A stretch of 64,000 nucleotides of DNA from Dendrobates tinctorius (lineage: Eukaryota). The position numbers and the translations under genes are program-made. Below are positions 13,547 to 23,456 of the stretch, one piece after another; the first letter of the stretch is position 1; each line of letters opens with the position of its first letter. The stretch is from contig NW_027362112.1 of NCBI RefSeq assembly GCF_039654945.1, forward strand, positions 372,001 through 436,000, given 5' to 3'. The notes under the pieces were generated by a model. It was not told where the DNA came from. It saw nothing but the letters and a program-made list of their open reading frames with translations, and ran no database searches.

Positions 13547-14408
13547 TGTTATGAGTCACCGAGAAGAAAAAAACAAAACCAGCTAAGTCACAAAAAACCA
13601 AAGAGGTTGGTAACTATGCAGATTGCAGATCCCTGATCTTACCACACAACTAGCAGTAGCCGTGGAGCGTACCTACGATGTTCCTAGACGCCTCGTCACG
13701 GCCGGAGGACTAAATAAGCCTAAAGCAAGAAAAGGGAAAACTAGCTGCCCCAGAGCAGACCCCAAAGGAATAGATAGCCCCCAACATGTATTGATGGTGA
13801 AACAAGATGAAGGCACAAACACAGGCAGGAAAATAGGCTGAGCAAACGATGGGGCCCAAACTAAATAGAAAGGATAGGAAAGGAAAGACACTGTCTGCAT
13901 TCTGCCAAAATCCCTACAAATATAATGTCCAACACTTCTGATAACAAAATTAACCCTGAAGTCACTAGACTTCTCCCACTATATCAGCACTCTGAAATAT
14001 TCTGAGACAGAGCAAAATGAAGGCCAATCTAATAAGGGACAAAAAGCAAATTGGCAAATACAGATAAATAAGAGTGGAAATTCAGCACAGCCCCAGCCGG
14101 GGCTGGCTGACCACACAAAAAACTGAATAGACCAACAAAATCAAGTGTGAACATTAGCAGAGAAACTTAGCTTTAGATGACTGGAACAGAGCTGAAAACC
14201 AAGAGCTGACAAGCCAGAAGGAATCACCAGCAACTGAATAGGGCGTCGGCTGTCTTAAATCCAGTCTGAGATTCCTGAGGTCCAATCGTCATCCTTATCA
14301 AGTGGCAGATCTCCACTGATTAAATCAGCCTCACTACCTCCTGTTAGCACCAGAGGGAGCCTGGAAGGAGAACTCACAACTGGTGAACCAGAAAATGAAC
14401 TCACAACA
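13547..14408 (-). repeat. 5' LTR
   Basis: TGTTGTGAG...CATAACA on the minus strand; repeat of 7873-8730. Confidence 0.95.
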
Positions 14409-15855
14409 CACCGCCATACATCTCCTCATCTCTGTCTACCACCTACCCGTCCTCTCCACAGTGCTGCACCGCCCTACATCTCCTCATCTGTCTACCACCT
14501 ACCCATCCTCTCCACAGTGCTGCACTGCCCTACATCTCCTCCTCATCTCTGTCTATCACCTACCCATCCTCTCCACAGTGCTGCACCGCCCTACATCTCA
14601 TCTGTCTATCACCTACCCATCCTCTCCACAGTGCTGCACTGCCTTACATCTCCTCATCTGTCTACCGCCTACCCATCCTCCACAGTGCTGCACTGCCCTA
14701 CATCTCATCTGTCTACCGCCTACCCATCCTCTCCACAGTGCTGCACCGCCCTACATCTCCTCATCTGTCTACCGCCTACCCATCCTCCACAGTGCTGCAC
14801 TGCCCTACATCTCCTCATCTGTCTACCGCCTACCCATCCTCTCCACAGTGCTGCACTGCCCTACATTCCTCATCTGTCTACCACCTACCCGTCCTCTCCA
14901 CAGTGCTGCACTGCCCTACATCTCATCTCTGTCTACCACCTACCCATCCTCTCCAGTGCTGCACTGCCCTACATCTCCTCATCTCTGTCTACCACCTACC
15001 CATCCTCAACACAGTGCTGCACCGCCCTACATCTCCTCATCTGTTTACCACCTACCCGTCCTCTCCACAGTGCTGCACCGCCCTACATCTCCTCCTCATC
15101 TCTGTCTACCACCTACCCATCCTCTCCACAGTGCTGCACCACCCTACATCTCATCTGTCTACCACCTACCCATCCTCTCCACAGTGCTGCACTGCCCTAC
15201 ATCTCCTCCTCATCTGTCTATCACCTACCCATCCTCTCCTCAGTGCTGCACCGCCCTACATCTCCTCCTCATCTGTCTACCGCCTACCCATTCTCTCCAC
15301 AGTGCTGCACTGCTCCAACATCTCCTCATCTCTGTCTACCACCTACCCATCCACCCCACAGTGCTGCACTGCTCTACATCTCCTCATCTGTCTACCGCCT
15401 ACCCATCCTCTCCACAGTGCTGCACTGCCCTACATCTCATCTGTCTACCACCTACCCGTCCTCTCCACAGTGCTGCACTGCCCTACATCTCTCCTCATCT
15501 CTGTCTACCACCTACCCATCCTCAACACAGTGCTGCACCGCCCTACATCTCCTCCTCATCTGTCTACCACCTACCCATCCTCTCCACAGTGCTGCACCGC
15601 CCTACATCTCCTCATCTGTCTACCACCTACCCATCCTCCCCACAGTGCTGCACTGCCCTACATCTCATCTCTGTCTACCCCCTACCCGTCCTCTCCACAG
15701 TGCTGCACCACCCTACATCTCCTCATCTGTCTACCACCTACCCGTCCTCTCCACAGTGCTGCACCACCCTACATCTCCTCCTCATCTCTGTCTACCACCT
15801 ACCCGTCCTCTCCACAGTGCTGCACCACCCTACATCTCATCTCTACCGTCCTCTC
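14409..15855. repeat. Right arm of the ~56-bp C-rich minisatellite
   Basis: Same unit as 4517-7872, resuming in register after the LTR. Confidence 0.95.
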
Positions 15856-16179
15856 GTATCCATAGTTTAGGCTAGATTATCAGCTATCACGCGTGTTCTC
15901 AATCTCTGTGCACTCCGTTTTATACAGTTATATGCAGTATGAGGCCGGAGACTCACTAGCCATTTTAAAATCGGTCCAATTTTGTTACTTCGAAGTGTCA
16001 TGTGTTATTCACGCGTGTGCAATCTGATTTTAACATGAGCTTTTACATAGAGAAATTCTCTGTCATTTACACGTCGTTTTCAAAGGAAATATTGTTAAAA
16101 AAAAATAGCTATAGATGGATGAAAAGCCGGCACGTCATCTGCCGTGTACAGTAAAAGTTAAAAAATTATGTAGGGTTTC

Positions 16180-17012
16180 CCTATATTTAATAACCAGCAA
16201 AGGCTAGTCAGACAGCTGCGGGCTGATATTAATAGCCTAGGAAGGGGCCATGGATACTAACCATCCCCAGACTAAAATCATCAGCTCTTAGCTGCCTCAG
16301 AAATGGTGCATCCATAAGATGCGCCAGTTCTGGCACTTAACTTCCCTCTTTCCACTTGCCCTGGTGCGGTGGTAAGTGGGGTGATAAGTTGGCGGGGTTG
16401 ATGTCACCTTTGTATTGTTAGGTGACATCAAGCCCAGAGGTAATGTAGAGGCGTCTATAAGACATCCCCATTATTAACCTCATAGTGATATTGTATAAAC
16501 ACCTCACACACTCAGAATCAAGTCCTTTAACTGAAATGCTCCTGCTGACGTCAGGTGAAGTGAGTTCATTGGCTGTGAACGCTCAGGATCTTTCTGACAG
16601 CACCGTGAGAACTTTCCTACGTACGCGGTGATGTCTGGCAGGATATATGAGTTCACCCTTAGACACTGGGCAGCGGTAACAGACACTGCTCAGTGTTTCT
16701 GCTGGATGGCAGGCTATATGGTCACATCATGCAACCTGCCATCTAGATGTAGCAGAGCTAGACCCGATGTGGGACAAATGGATTATCATCATCTCAGCAG
16801 ATAGGTGAGGAATATTGCTGTTTGTTATTTTAATTCTCTTGCAGGAGACAGTGGCATCGGTGGGATGGGCAATGCAGTAAGTATGCTCTAATTAATTGAT
16901 TTATTGAAGGAGTCTGCGTCATTCTTTCAATTAAAGGACTTTATTCTGGATGTGTTTATACAATATGACTATGGGGTTAGTAATGGGGGTGTCTTATAGA
17001 CTCCTCTCCATT
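16180..17012. mobile_element. Fragment of a palindromic non-autonomous DNA element
   Basis: Imperfect ~90-bp inverted repeat 16442-16536 / 16926-17012; boundaries approximate. Confidence 0.55.
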
Positions 17013-17288
17013 GTCTGCTCTTTGGTAAACTGTGACCTTCTCACCTCGTCTTTTTTCAGCAATGATCCACATTTAATCTGAATTCCCCAGACCTATTATT
17101 TCGGGAGGCCCAGGGCCATGAGCTCGAGGTCATGTGAGAATGACGGTAGATCCGTATGGTCAGTGAATTATTGAGCGCTGGCCGCCATTTGTGGACCGGC
17201 TGCTGATCACCTCTTGTATCTGTCCTTGTATTGCAGTCCTAGTACTGTACCTTTGGGAAACAAAGATGCAATGTCTGAATGTTAATAT

Positions 17289-17682
17289 GTGGATGAGCCA
17301 TTGGTGCTCTGCAATATGAAGGACAATCTGTTCATGTTGTCTGAGCACTCCAGCAGTGAGGGATGGCCTCCTACCACCTTCCCCCCCAAGCCGATGGTGG
17401 AATGGCTGAATGAGAAGTGGTGACCTATAATAAGGAGGATCTGCCTGTGTCCAGACTCTACATTACAGAAGTCATGGCATCATTTCTCCAACTGAAGAAA
17501 TACAGAGCAGCCACATTGACCATCACTGAACCCTCAGTCGTGTAGAGAATCCAGGTTGGGACAATCAGGTCACCTGGCCTCGTACATCAATGGACTGCCA
17601 GCTTCCTTTGTCGTTACCTCCTCACTGTGAGGGCCCACCAAACGTGGGGAGCCACTGGTGGGGGTATTCGGCCCTGGAAGCA
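17289..17682. repeat. Unclassified dispersed repeat, inverted copy at 53701-54203
   Basis: 17289-17444 is the reverse complement of 54049-54203; 17551-17682 resembles the reverse complement of 53701-53836. Confidence 0.8.
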
Positions 17683-17809
17683 GCTCTAATCCCGGTGAGT
17701 CTGTGGGTGAGACCCTGTCATTTGCACCATCTGGGGGCATTTGCTGGGATTGTTCTGTGTGTTATGGTACAAAAAAATTGTCACATTGTGTTACCCTCAC
17801 CCTGTGTTG

Positions 17810-18330
17810 TCTGAGCAGTGTTCGGCCCACTGGGAGAGAGCGGGCGTTCACTGGGATGAGCCCTGGTCCATGTGGTTTCAGTGCCGCCGTCTTCCCACGA
17901 CTCCACAAGAGGGTTTCTTGTAGATCGTTTGTCTTCTCGTAGTCGTCTTCTGATGGCTGCAGGACTCGGAGGTTACAGAAGATCTTCTCTGATCTCTCTG
18001 GTGCTGATCCCTGGAGGTTCTCTGCCGTCCTTGTGACTCTGAGCTGATTGTAGGATTCCTCTTCCTGCCACGCGTTGGGTTTTTGCCGTTATAAAGCTGC
18101 TTCTTCCTTCAGTAAAATGTCTGGAACGACCCATGTTACTGAGCGCAGGCTGAGACCAGCCGCTCCAACATCTACTGCCGCCTCCTTCACACGACGGCCA
18201 CCATTATCACCTGCGTCTTCACACAGTGACTGACCTCACTAATCAATGCCGCCATTGCTATTAATTAGGACACCCCCCTTTCATTAAGAGTCCGTTCCAG
18301 CCATTTAGCAGTGAGCCCGTCGTGGCCGCT
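17810..18330 (-). mobile_element. Highly degenerate Tc1-like transposase 5' fragment
   Basis: ATG at 18134 gives MGRSRHF; downstream STREIREDL and IRRRL-like remnants. Confidence 0.45.
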
Positions 18331-18418
18331 GCTTGTGTTGGTCACCCGTTACTCACCTACATGAATGTGTCTCCATGTTGTGTGAACTTTCTGCCATAAC
18401 CAGTAATGAAACCCGTCA

Positions 18419-18779
18419 GGCTAGGTTCACATCGCATGAGTGCCATCCGTTTAACGTATGCGGTAACGCTGATGTGCTTTTAGTCTTTTTTTTTTTGACC
18501 GATTGCGCTAATGCATGGTAGCATTGCGTTAGCAATAGAGGTGAATGCACAGGGAACGCGTCCGTCCGCTGTGTCCAACCTAACGCACCCGAAGACGCGG
18601 TAGACCGTGTTCAAAGGTGCGTCACAAAGTAACACCTCATCGCTAACGGATGCCGATGTGAACATGCGTTACCATAATAGATGGCAATAGGGGCGTCATC
18701 ACATCGGCCACATCGCGTTAGTGCCGCTTAGTAACGGATGCGTTAGACGGACAGCACCTAACGCGGTGTGAACCCAGCC
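18419..18779. mobile_element. MITE, PIF/Harbinger-like
   Basis: TIRs GGCTAGGTTCACATCGC / GCGGTGTGAACCCAGCC with a palindromic interior; TSD imperfect. Confidence 0.75.
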
Positions 18780-19015
18780 TTGGTGACGTCAGACTGCTGG
18801 TGCTGTGCCCATAACTGTCCGCGTGCAGATCCCGCGTAGTGACTGTTCACGCCACGTAGTGTGACGGACTGTACGCCATTTCTACCAGCGGGACCCGCGC
18901 CCCTCCTGTAATTGTAGAGTTGTGTTACTCTGTGATGTGCTCTGTACATGTCCCCTCATTTGTACTGCGTTGCTGAGTGTCAGCGCTATAGAAATAAAAA
19001 TTATTACTTTTGCAG

Positions 19016-19069
19016 GTTCCTGTGTGTTGCAGACATGCTAAAAGTCTATGTGAACAAAGAGAAAAGCAG
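19016..19069 (+). CDS. USB1: USB1 exon 4 (GC donor)
   Basis: tttgcag acceptor; FLCVADMLKVYVNKEKSR; 54 bp; donor AG|GCGAGT. Confidence 0.9.
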
Positions 19070-21345
19070 GCGAGTCCGGCCCGCGGTGTGTGGCACGTGC
19101 AGATGGCGAGGTCGGCCCGCGGCGTGTGGCACGTGCAGATGGTGAGGTCGGCCCTTGTCGCGTGCTGATGGCGAGGTCGGCCCGCGGCGCGTGGCATGTG
19201 CAGATGGTGAGGTCGGCCGTGGCGCGTGCAGATGGCGAGGTCGGCCCGCGGCATGTGGCATGTGCAGATGGTGAGGTCGGCCCTTGTCGCGTGCTGATGG
19301 CGAGGTCGGCCCGCGGCGTGTGGCATGTGCAGATGGCGAGGTCGCCCTGTGTCGCGTGCCGATGGCGAGGTCGGCCCGCGGCGTGTGGCATGTGCAGATG
19401 GCGAGGTCGGCCCGTGGCGGGTGCAGATGGCGAGGTCGGCCCGCGGCGTGTGGCATGTGCAGATGGTGAGGTCGGCCCGCGGCGCGTGCAGATGGCGAGG
19501 TCGGCCCGCGGCGCGTGCAGATGGCGAGGTCGGCCAGCGGCGTGTGGCATGTGCAGATGGCGAGGCCGGCCCGTGGCGCGTGCAGATGGCGAGGCCGGCC
19601 CGTGGCGCGTGCAGATGGCGAGGCCGGCCCGTGGCGCGTGCAGATGGCGAGGTCGGCCCGCGGCGTGTGGCATGTGCAGATGGTGAGGTCGGCCCGCGGC
19701 GCGTGCAGATGGCGAGGTCGGCCCGCGGCGCGTGCAGATGGCGAGGTCGGCCAGCGGCGTGTGGCATGTGCAGATGGCGAGGCCGGCCCGTGGCGCGTGC
19801 AGATGGCGAGGTCGGCCCGCGGCGTGTGTCACGTGCAGATGGTGAGGTCGGCCCTTGTCGCGTGCTGATGGCGAGGTCGGCCCGCGGCGCGTGGCATGTG
19901 CAGATGGTGAGGTCGGCCGTGGCGCGTGCAGATGGCGAGGTCGGCCCGCGGCGTGTGGCATGTGCAGATGGTGAGGTCGGCCCTTGTCGCGTGCTGATGG
20001 CGAGGTCGGCCCGCGGCGTGTGGCATGTGCAGATGGCGAGGTCGCCCTGTGTCGCGTGCAGATGGCGAGGTCGGCCCGCGGCGTGTGGCATGTGCAGATG
20101 GCGAGGTCGGCCCGTGGCGCGTGCAGATGGCGAGGTCGGCCCGCGGCGTGTGGCATGTGCAGATGGTGAGGTCGGCGTGTGGCATGTGCAGATGGTGAGG
20201 TCGGCCCGCGGCGCGTGCAGATGGCGAGGTCGGCCCGCGGCGCGTGCAGATGGCGAGGTCGGCCAGCGGCGTGTGGCATGTGCAGATGGCGAGGCCGGCC
20301 CGTGGTGCGTGCAGATGGCGAGGCCGGCCCGTGGCGCGTGCAGATGGCGAGGCCGGCCCGTGGCGCGTGCAGATGGCGAGGCCGGCCCGTGGCGCGTGCA
20401 GATGGCGAGGCCGGCCCGTGGCGCGAGCAGATGGCGAGGCCGGCCCGTGGCGCGAGCAGATGGCGCGGCCGGCCCGTGGCGCGTGCAGATGGCGAGGTCG
20501 GCCCGTGGCGCGTGCAGATGGCGAGGCTGGCCCGTGGCGCGTGCAGATGGCGAGGCTGGCCCGTGGCGCGTGCAGATGGCGAGGTCGGCCCGTGGCGCGT
20601 GCAGATGGCGAGGTCGGCCCGTGGCGCGTGCAGATGGCGAGGTCGGCCCGTGGCGCGTGCAGATGGCGAGGTCGGCCCGTGTCGCGTGCAGATGGCGAGG
20701 TCGGCCCGTGTCGCGTGCAGATGGCGAGGTCGGCCCGTGTCGCGTGCAGATGGCGAGGTCGGCCCGCAGCGTGTGGCATGTGCAGATGGCGAGGTCGGCC
20801 CATGTCCCGTGCAGATGGCGAGGTCGGCCCGTGACGCGTGCAGATGGCGAGGTCGGCCCGTGGCGCGTGCAGATGGCGAGGTCGGCCCGTGGCGCGTGCA
20901 GATGGCGAGGTCGGCCCGTGGCGCGTGCAGATGGCGAGGTCGGCCCGTGACGCGTGCAGATGGCGAGGTCGGCCCGTGACGCGTGCAGATGGCGAGGTCG
21001 GCCCGTGACGCGTGCAGATGGCGAGGTCGGCCCGTGACGCGTGCAGATGGCGAGGTCGGCCCGTGACGCGTGCAGATGGCGAGGTCGGCCCGTGACGCGT
21101 GCAGATGGCGAGGTCGGCCCGTGACGCGTGCAGATGGCGAGGTCGGCCCGTGACGCGTGCAGATGGCGAGGTCGGCCCGTGGCGTGTGCAGATGGCGAGG
21201 TCGGCCCGTGTCGCGTGCAGATGGCGAGGTCGGCCCGCAGCGTGTGGCATGTGCAGATGGTGAGGTCGGCCCGCGGAGTGTATCGTGTGCAGATAGCGAG
21301 GTCGGCCTGTGTCGCGTGCAGATGGTGAGGCTGGCCCGCGGTGTG
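19070..21345. repeat. CpG-rich 29/36-bp minisatellite filling USB1 intron 4 (GTGCAGATGGCGAGGTCGGCCCGTGGCGC)
   Basis: Tandem units read directly. Confidence 0.96.
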
Positions 21346-21388
21346 TAGGTCTGTGCTCCTCAGTGACTCCCTGCGGACCTCTATTTAG

Positions 21389-21494
21389 GACCTTCTTGGG
21401 GCTGGAGGTCGCCCGTGGACGTCAGCAGCTCCTGGAGGCCACGTCAGAAGTAGACAAGTCTTTACAGGAGTTTCATCTGGAGCCTTTTCACCAG
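21389..21494 (+). CDS. USB1: USB1 exon 5
   Basis: tttag acceptor, gtgagg donor, 106 bp; TFLGLEV...EVDKSLQEFHLEPFHQ. Confidence 0.94.
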
Positions 21495-21731
21495 GTGAGG
21501 AGGCGTCTGGGAGGAGCGCCCCCTGGTGGAGGTGTTGGGATCCTGTAGGAGGGTCCGATCTCACGGTGGAATCCCACCTTTGTCTGGTCACAGACCTATA
21601 GACCAGATTCGGTTCGTGTTGTGCCCAGAGCCGGCAGCCGATCATGGCAGAGCCAGGACTTCTCCTAAATGCTGTGCGGAGCACGGTGGCGGACGGTGGT
21701 CGCTCACTGACACTTCTCATTTTTATCACAG

Positions 21732-21815
21732 AATCCCTCCTTCCATGTCAGTCTGGCCTGGAGCGTCGGGGACGTGGCCGAAGCCTTTCAGGGAGCGTGT
21801 CTGCTGGAGCTACAG
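21732..21815 (+). CDS. USB1: USB1 exon 6 (second catalytic HxS motif; GC donor)
   Basis: NPSFHVSLAWSVGDVAEAFQGACLLELQ; 84 bp; donor CAG|GCGAGT. Confidence 0.93.
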
Positions 21816-21829
21816 GCGAGTCCAGGGAC

Positions 21830-21990
21830 GGGGCTGACAACCTCACAGATGACACATGCACAGGGTGGTGGTCAGAGGGGCGGGGCAGACAACCTCACAG
21901 ATGACACATGCATAGGCTGGTGGTCAGATGGGAGGGGCTGACGTCACACATGACATACTGGTAGTCAGATGGGCGGGGCTGACAACCTCC
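21830..21990. repeat. Three degenerate ~45-53-bp copies in USB1 intron 6
   Basis: Repeated GGGGCTGACAACCTCACAGATGACACATGCA...GGTCAGA. Confidence 0.7.
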
Positions 21991-22004
21991 TTTTTTCATT
22001 GCAG

Positions 22005-22109
22005 CGGCTTGTGGATGACTTTGAGGATTCTGATGTTCTGACCCGCTTCTGTGCAGACACCATTTACTGTAAATGCGGTAATAAGGTGATGTCCATTCCC
22101 CTCTGCTGA
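22005..22109 (+). CDS. USB1: USB1 last coding exon
   Basis: ttcattgcag acceptor; RLVDDFEDSDVLTRFCADTIYCKCGNKVMSIPLC-stop. Confidence 0.93.
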   Translation, partial: RLVDDFEDSDVLTRFCADTIYCKCGNKVMSIPLC

Positions 22110-22282
22110 CTGGAGGCGAGGAAGCGCTAGCCCCCTCTGCTGACCGGAGCGCGCAGCGTGCTCTGCCTCTCTGTATCTATAATGAGCACTGGTGAAGCCC
22201 CCTATAAAATTTTTTGCTTGTTTCTTCTCTGGTTTGTGCTTTCATTTCCCGGGGGTGGTTGTGCTGAAAGCACCCAAGACAA

Positions 22283-23370
22283 CCGTCGTGTACTGCCCCC
22301 CCAGTCACTGCCAGCACCCGCCGCCGGGTACTGCCCCCTCAGTCACTGCCAGCACTCGCCGCCGTCTACTGCCCCCCCCAGTCACTGCCAGCACCCGCCG
22401 TCGTGTACTGCCCCCTCAGTCACTGCCAGCACTCGCCGCCGTCTACTGCCCCCCCAGTCACTGCCAGCACCCGCCGCCGTGTACTGCCCCCCAGTCACTG
22501 CCAGCACCCGCCGCCGGGTACTGCCCCCTCAGTCACTGCCAGCACTCGCCGCCGTCTACTGCCCCCCCAGTCACTGCCAGCACCCGCCGTCGTGTACTGA
22601 CCCCCCAGTCACTGCCAGCACCCGCCGTGTACTGCCCCCCCAGTCACTGCCAGCACCCGCCGTGTACTGCCCCCTCAGTCATTGCCAGCACACGCCGCCG
22701 TGTACTGCCCCCAGTCACTGCCAGCACACGCCGCCGTGTACTGCCCCCCCAGTCACTGTCAGCACACGCCGCCGTGTACTGCCCCCCCAGTCACTGTCAG
22801 CACCCGCCGCCGTGTACTGCCCCCCCAGTCACTGTCAGCACCCGCCGCCGTGTACTGCCCCCCCCAGTCACTGCCAGCACCCGCCGCCGTGTACTGCCCC
22901 CCCAGTCACTGCCAGCACCCGCCGCCGTGTACTGCCCCCCCAGTCACTGCCAGCACCCGCCGCCGTGTACTGCCCCCCCAGTCACTGCCAGCACCCGCCG
23001 CCGTGTACTGCCCCCCCAGTCACTGCCAGCACCCGCCGCCGTGTACTGCCCCCCCAGTCACTGCCAGCACCCGCCGCCGTGTACTGCCCCCCCAGTCACT
23101 GCCAGCACCCGCCGCCGTGTACTGCCCCCCCAGTCACTGCCAGCACCCGCCGCCGTGTACTGCCCCCGTCACTGCCAGCACGCGCCGCCGGGTACTGCCT
23201 CCCAGTCACTGTCAGCACCTGCCGTCGTGTACTGCCCCCCCAGTCACTGCCAGCACCCGCCGCCGTGTACTGCCCCCCCCAGTCACTGCCAGCACCCGCC
23301 GCCATGTACTGCCCCCCCAGTCACTGTCAGCACCCGTCGCCGGGTACTGCCCCCCCAGTCACTGTCAGCA
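22283..23370. repeat. ~38-bp C-rich minisatellite in the probable USB1 3' UTR (GTGTACTGCCCCCCCAGTCACTGCCAGCACCCGCCGCC)
   Basis: Tandem units read directly. Confidence 0.95.
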
Positions 23371-23384
23371 TGGCCATTAATTGG

Positions 23385-23449
23385 AATAAAAAACACCTGA
23401 GACAGCCGACGCCCCGCAGTCACCAATTGGCTAGTCGAGCCTCAATAAA
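23385..23449 (+). terminator. Candidate USB1 polyadenylation signals, AATAAA at 23385-23390 and 23444-23449
   Basis: First canonical hexamers downstream of the stop codon. Confidence 0.55.
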
Positions 23450-23456
23450 CACACCG

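Larger units (their letters stand above)
7873..14408 (-). mobile_element. Full-length, decayed Ty3/Gypsy chromovirus (Tf1/sushi-like) LTR retrotransposon, antisense in USB1 intron 3
   Basis: Two ~860-bp TG...CA LTRs, CACCGC duplication on both flanks, polypurine tract, and gag-PR-RT-RH-IN-chromodomain order. Confidence 0.96.

Noticed and set aside
7873-14408. Active or domesticated retrotransposon gene
   Set aside because: Multiple stops and frameshifts plus a nested hAT insertion disrupt gag-pol
23400-23414. 15-bp match to the Gypsy LTR at 14241-14255 as the distal end of the relic LTR
   Set aside because: Opposite orientation and no extended similarity
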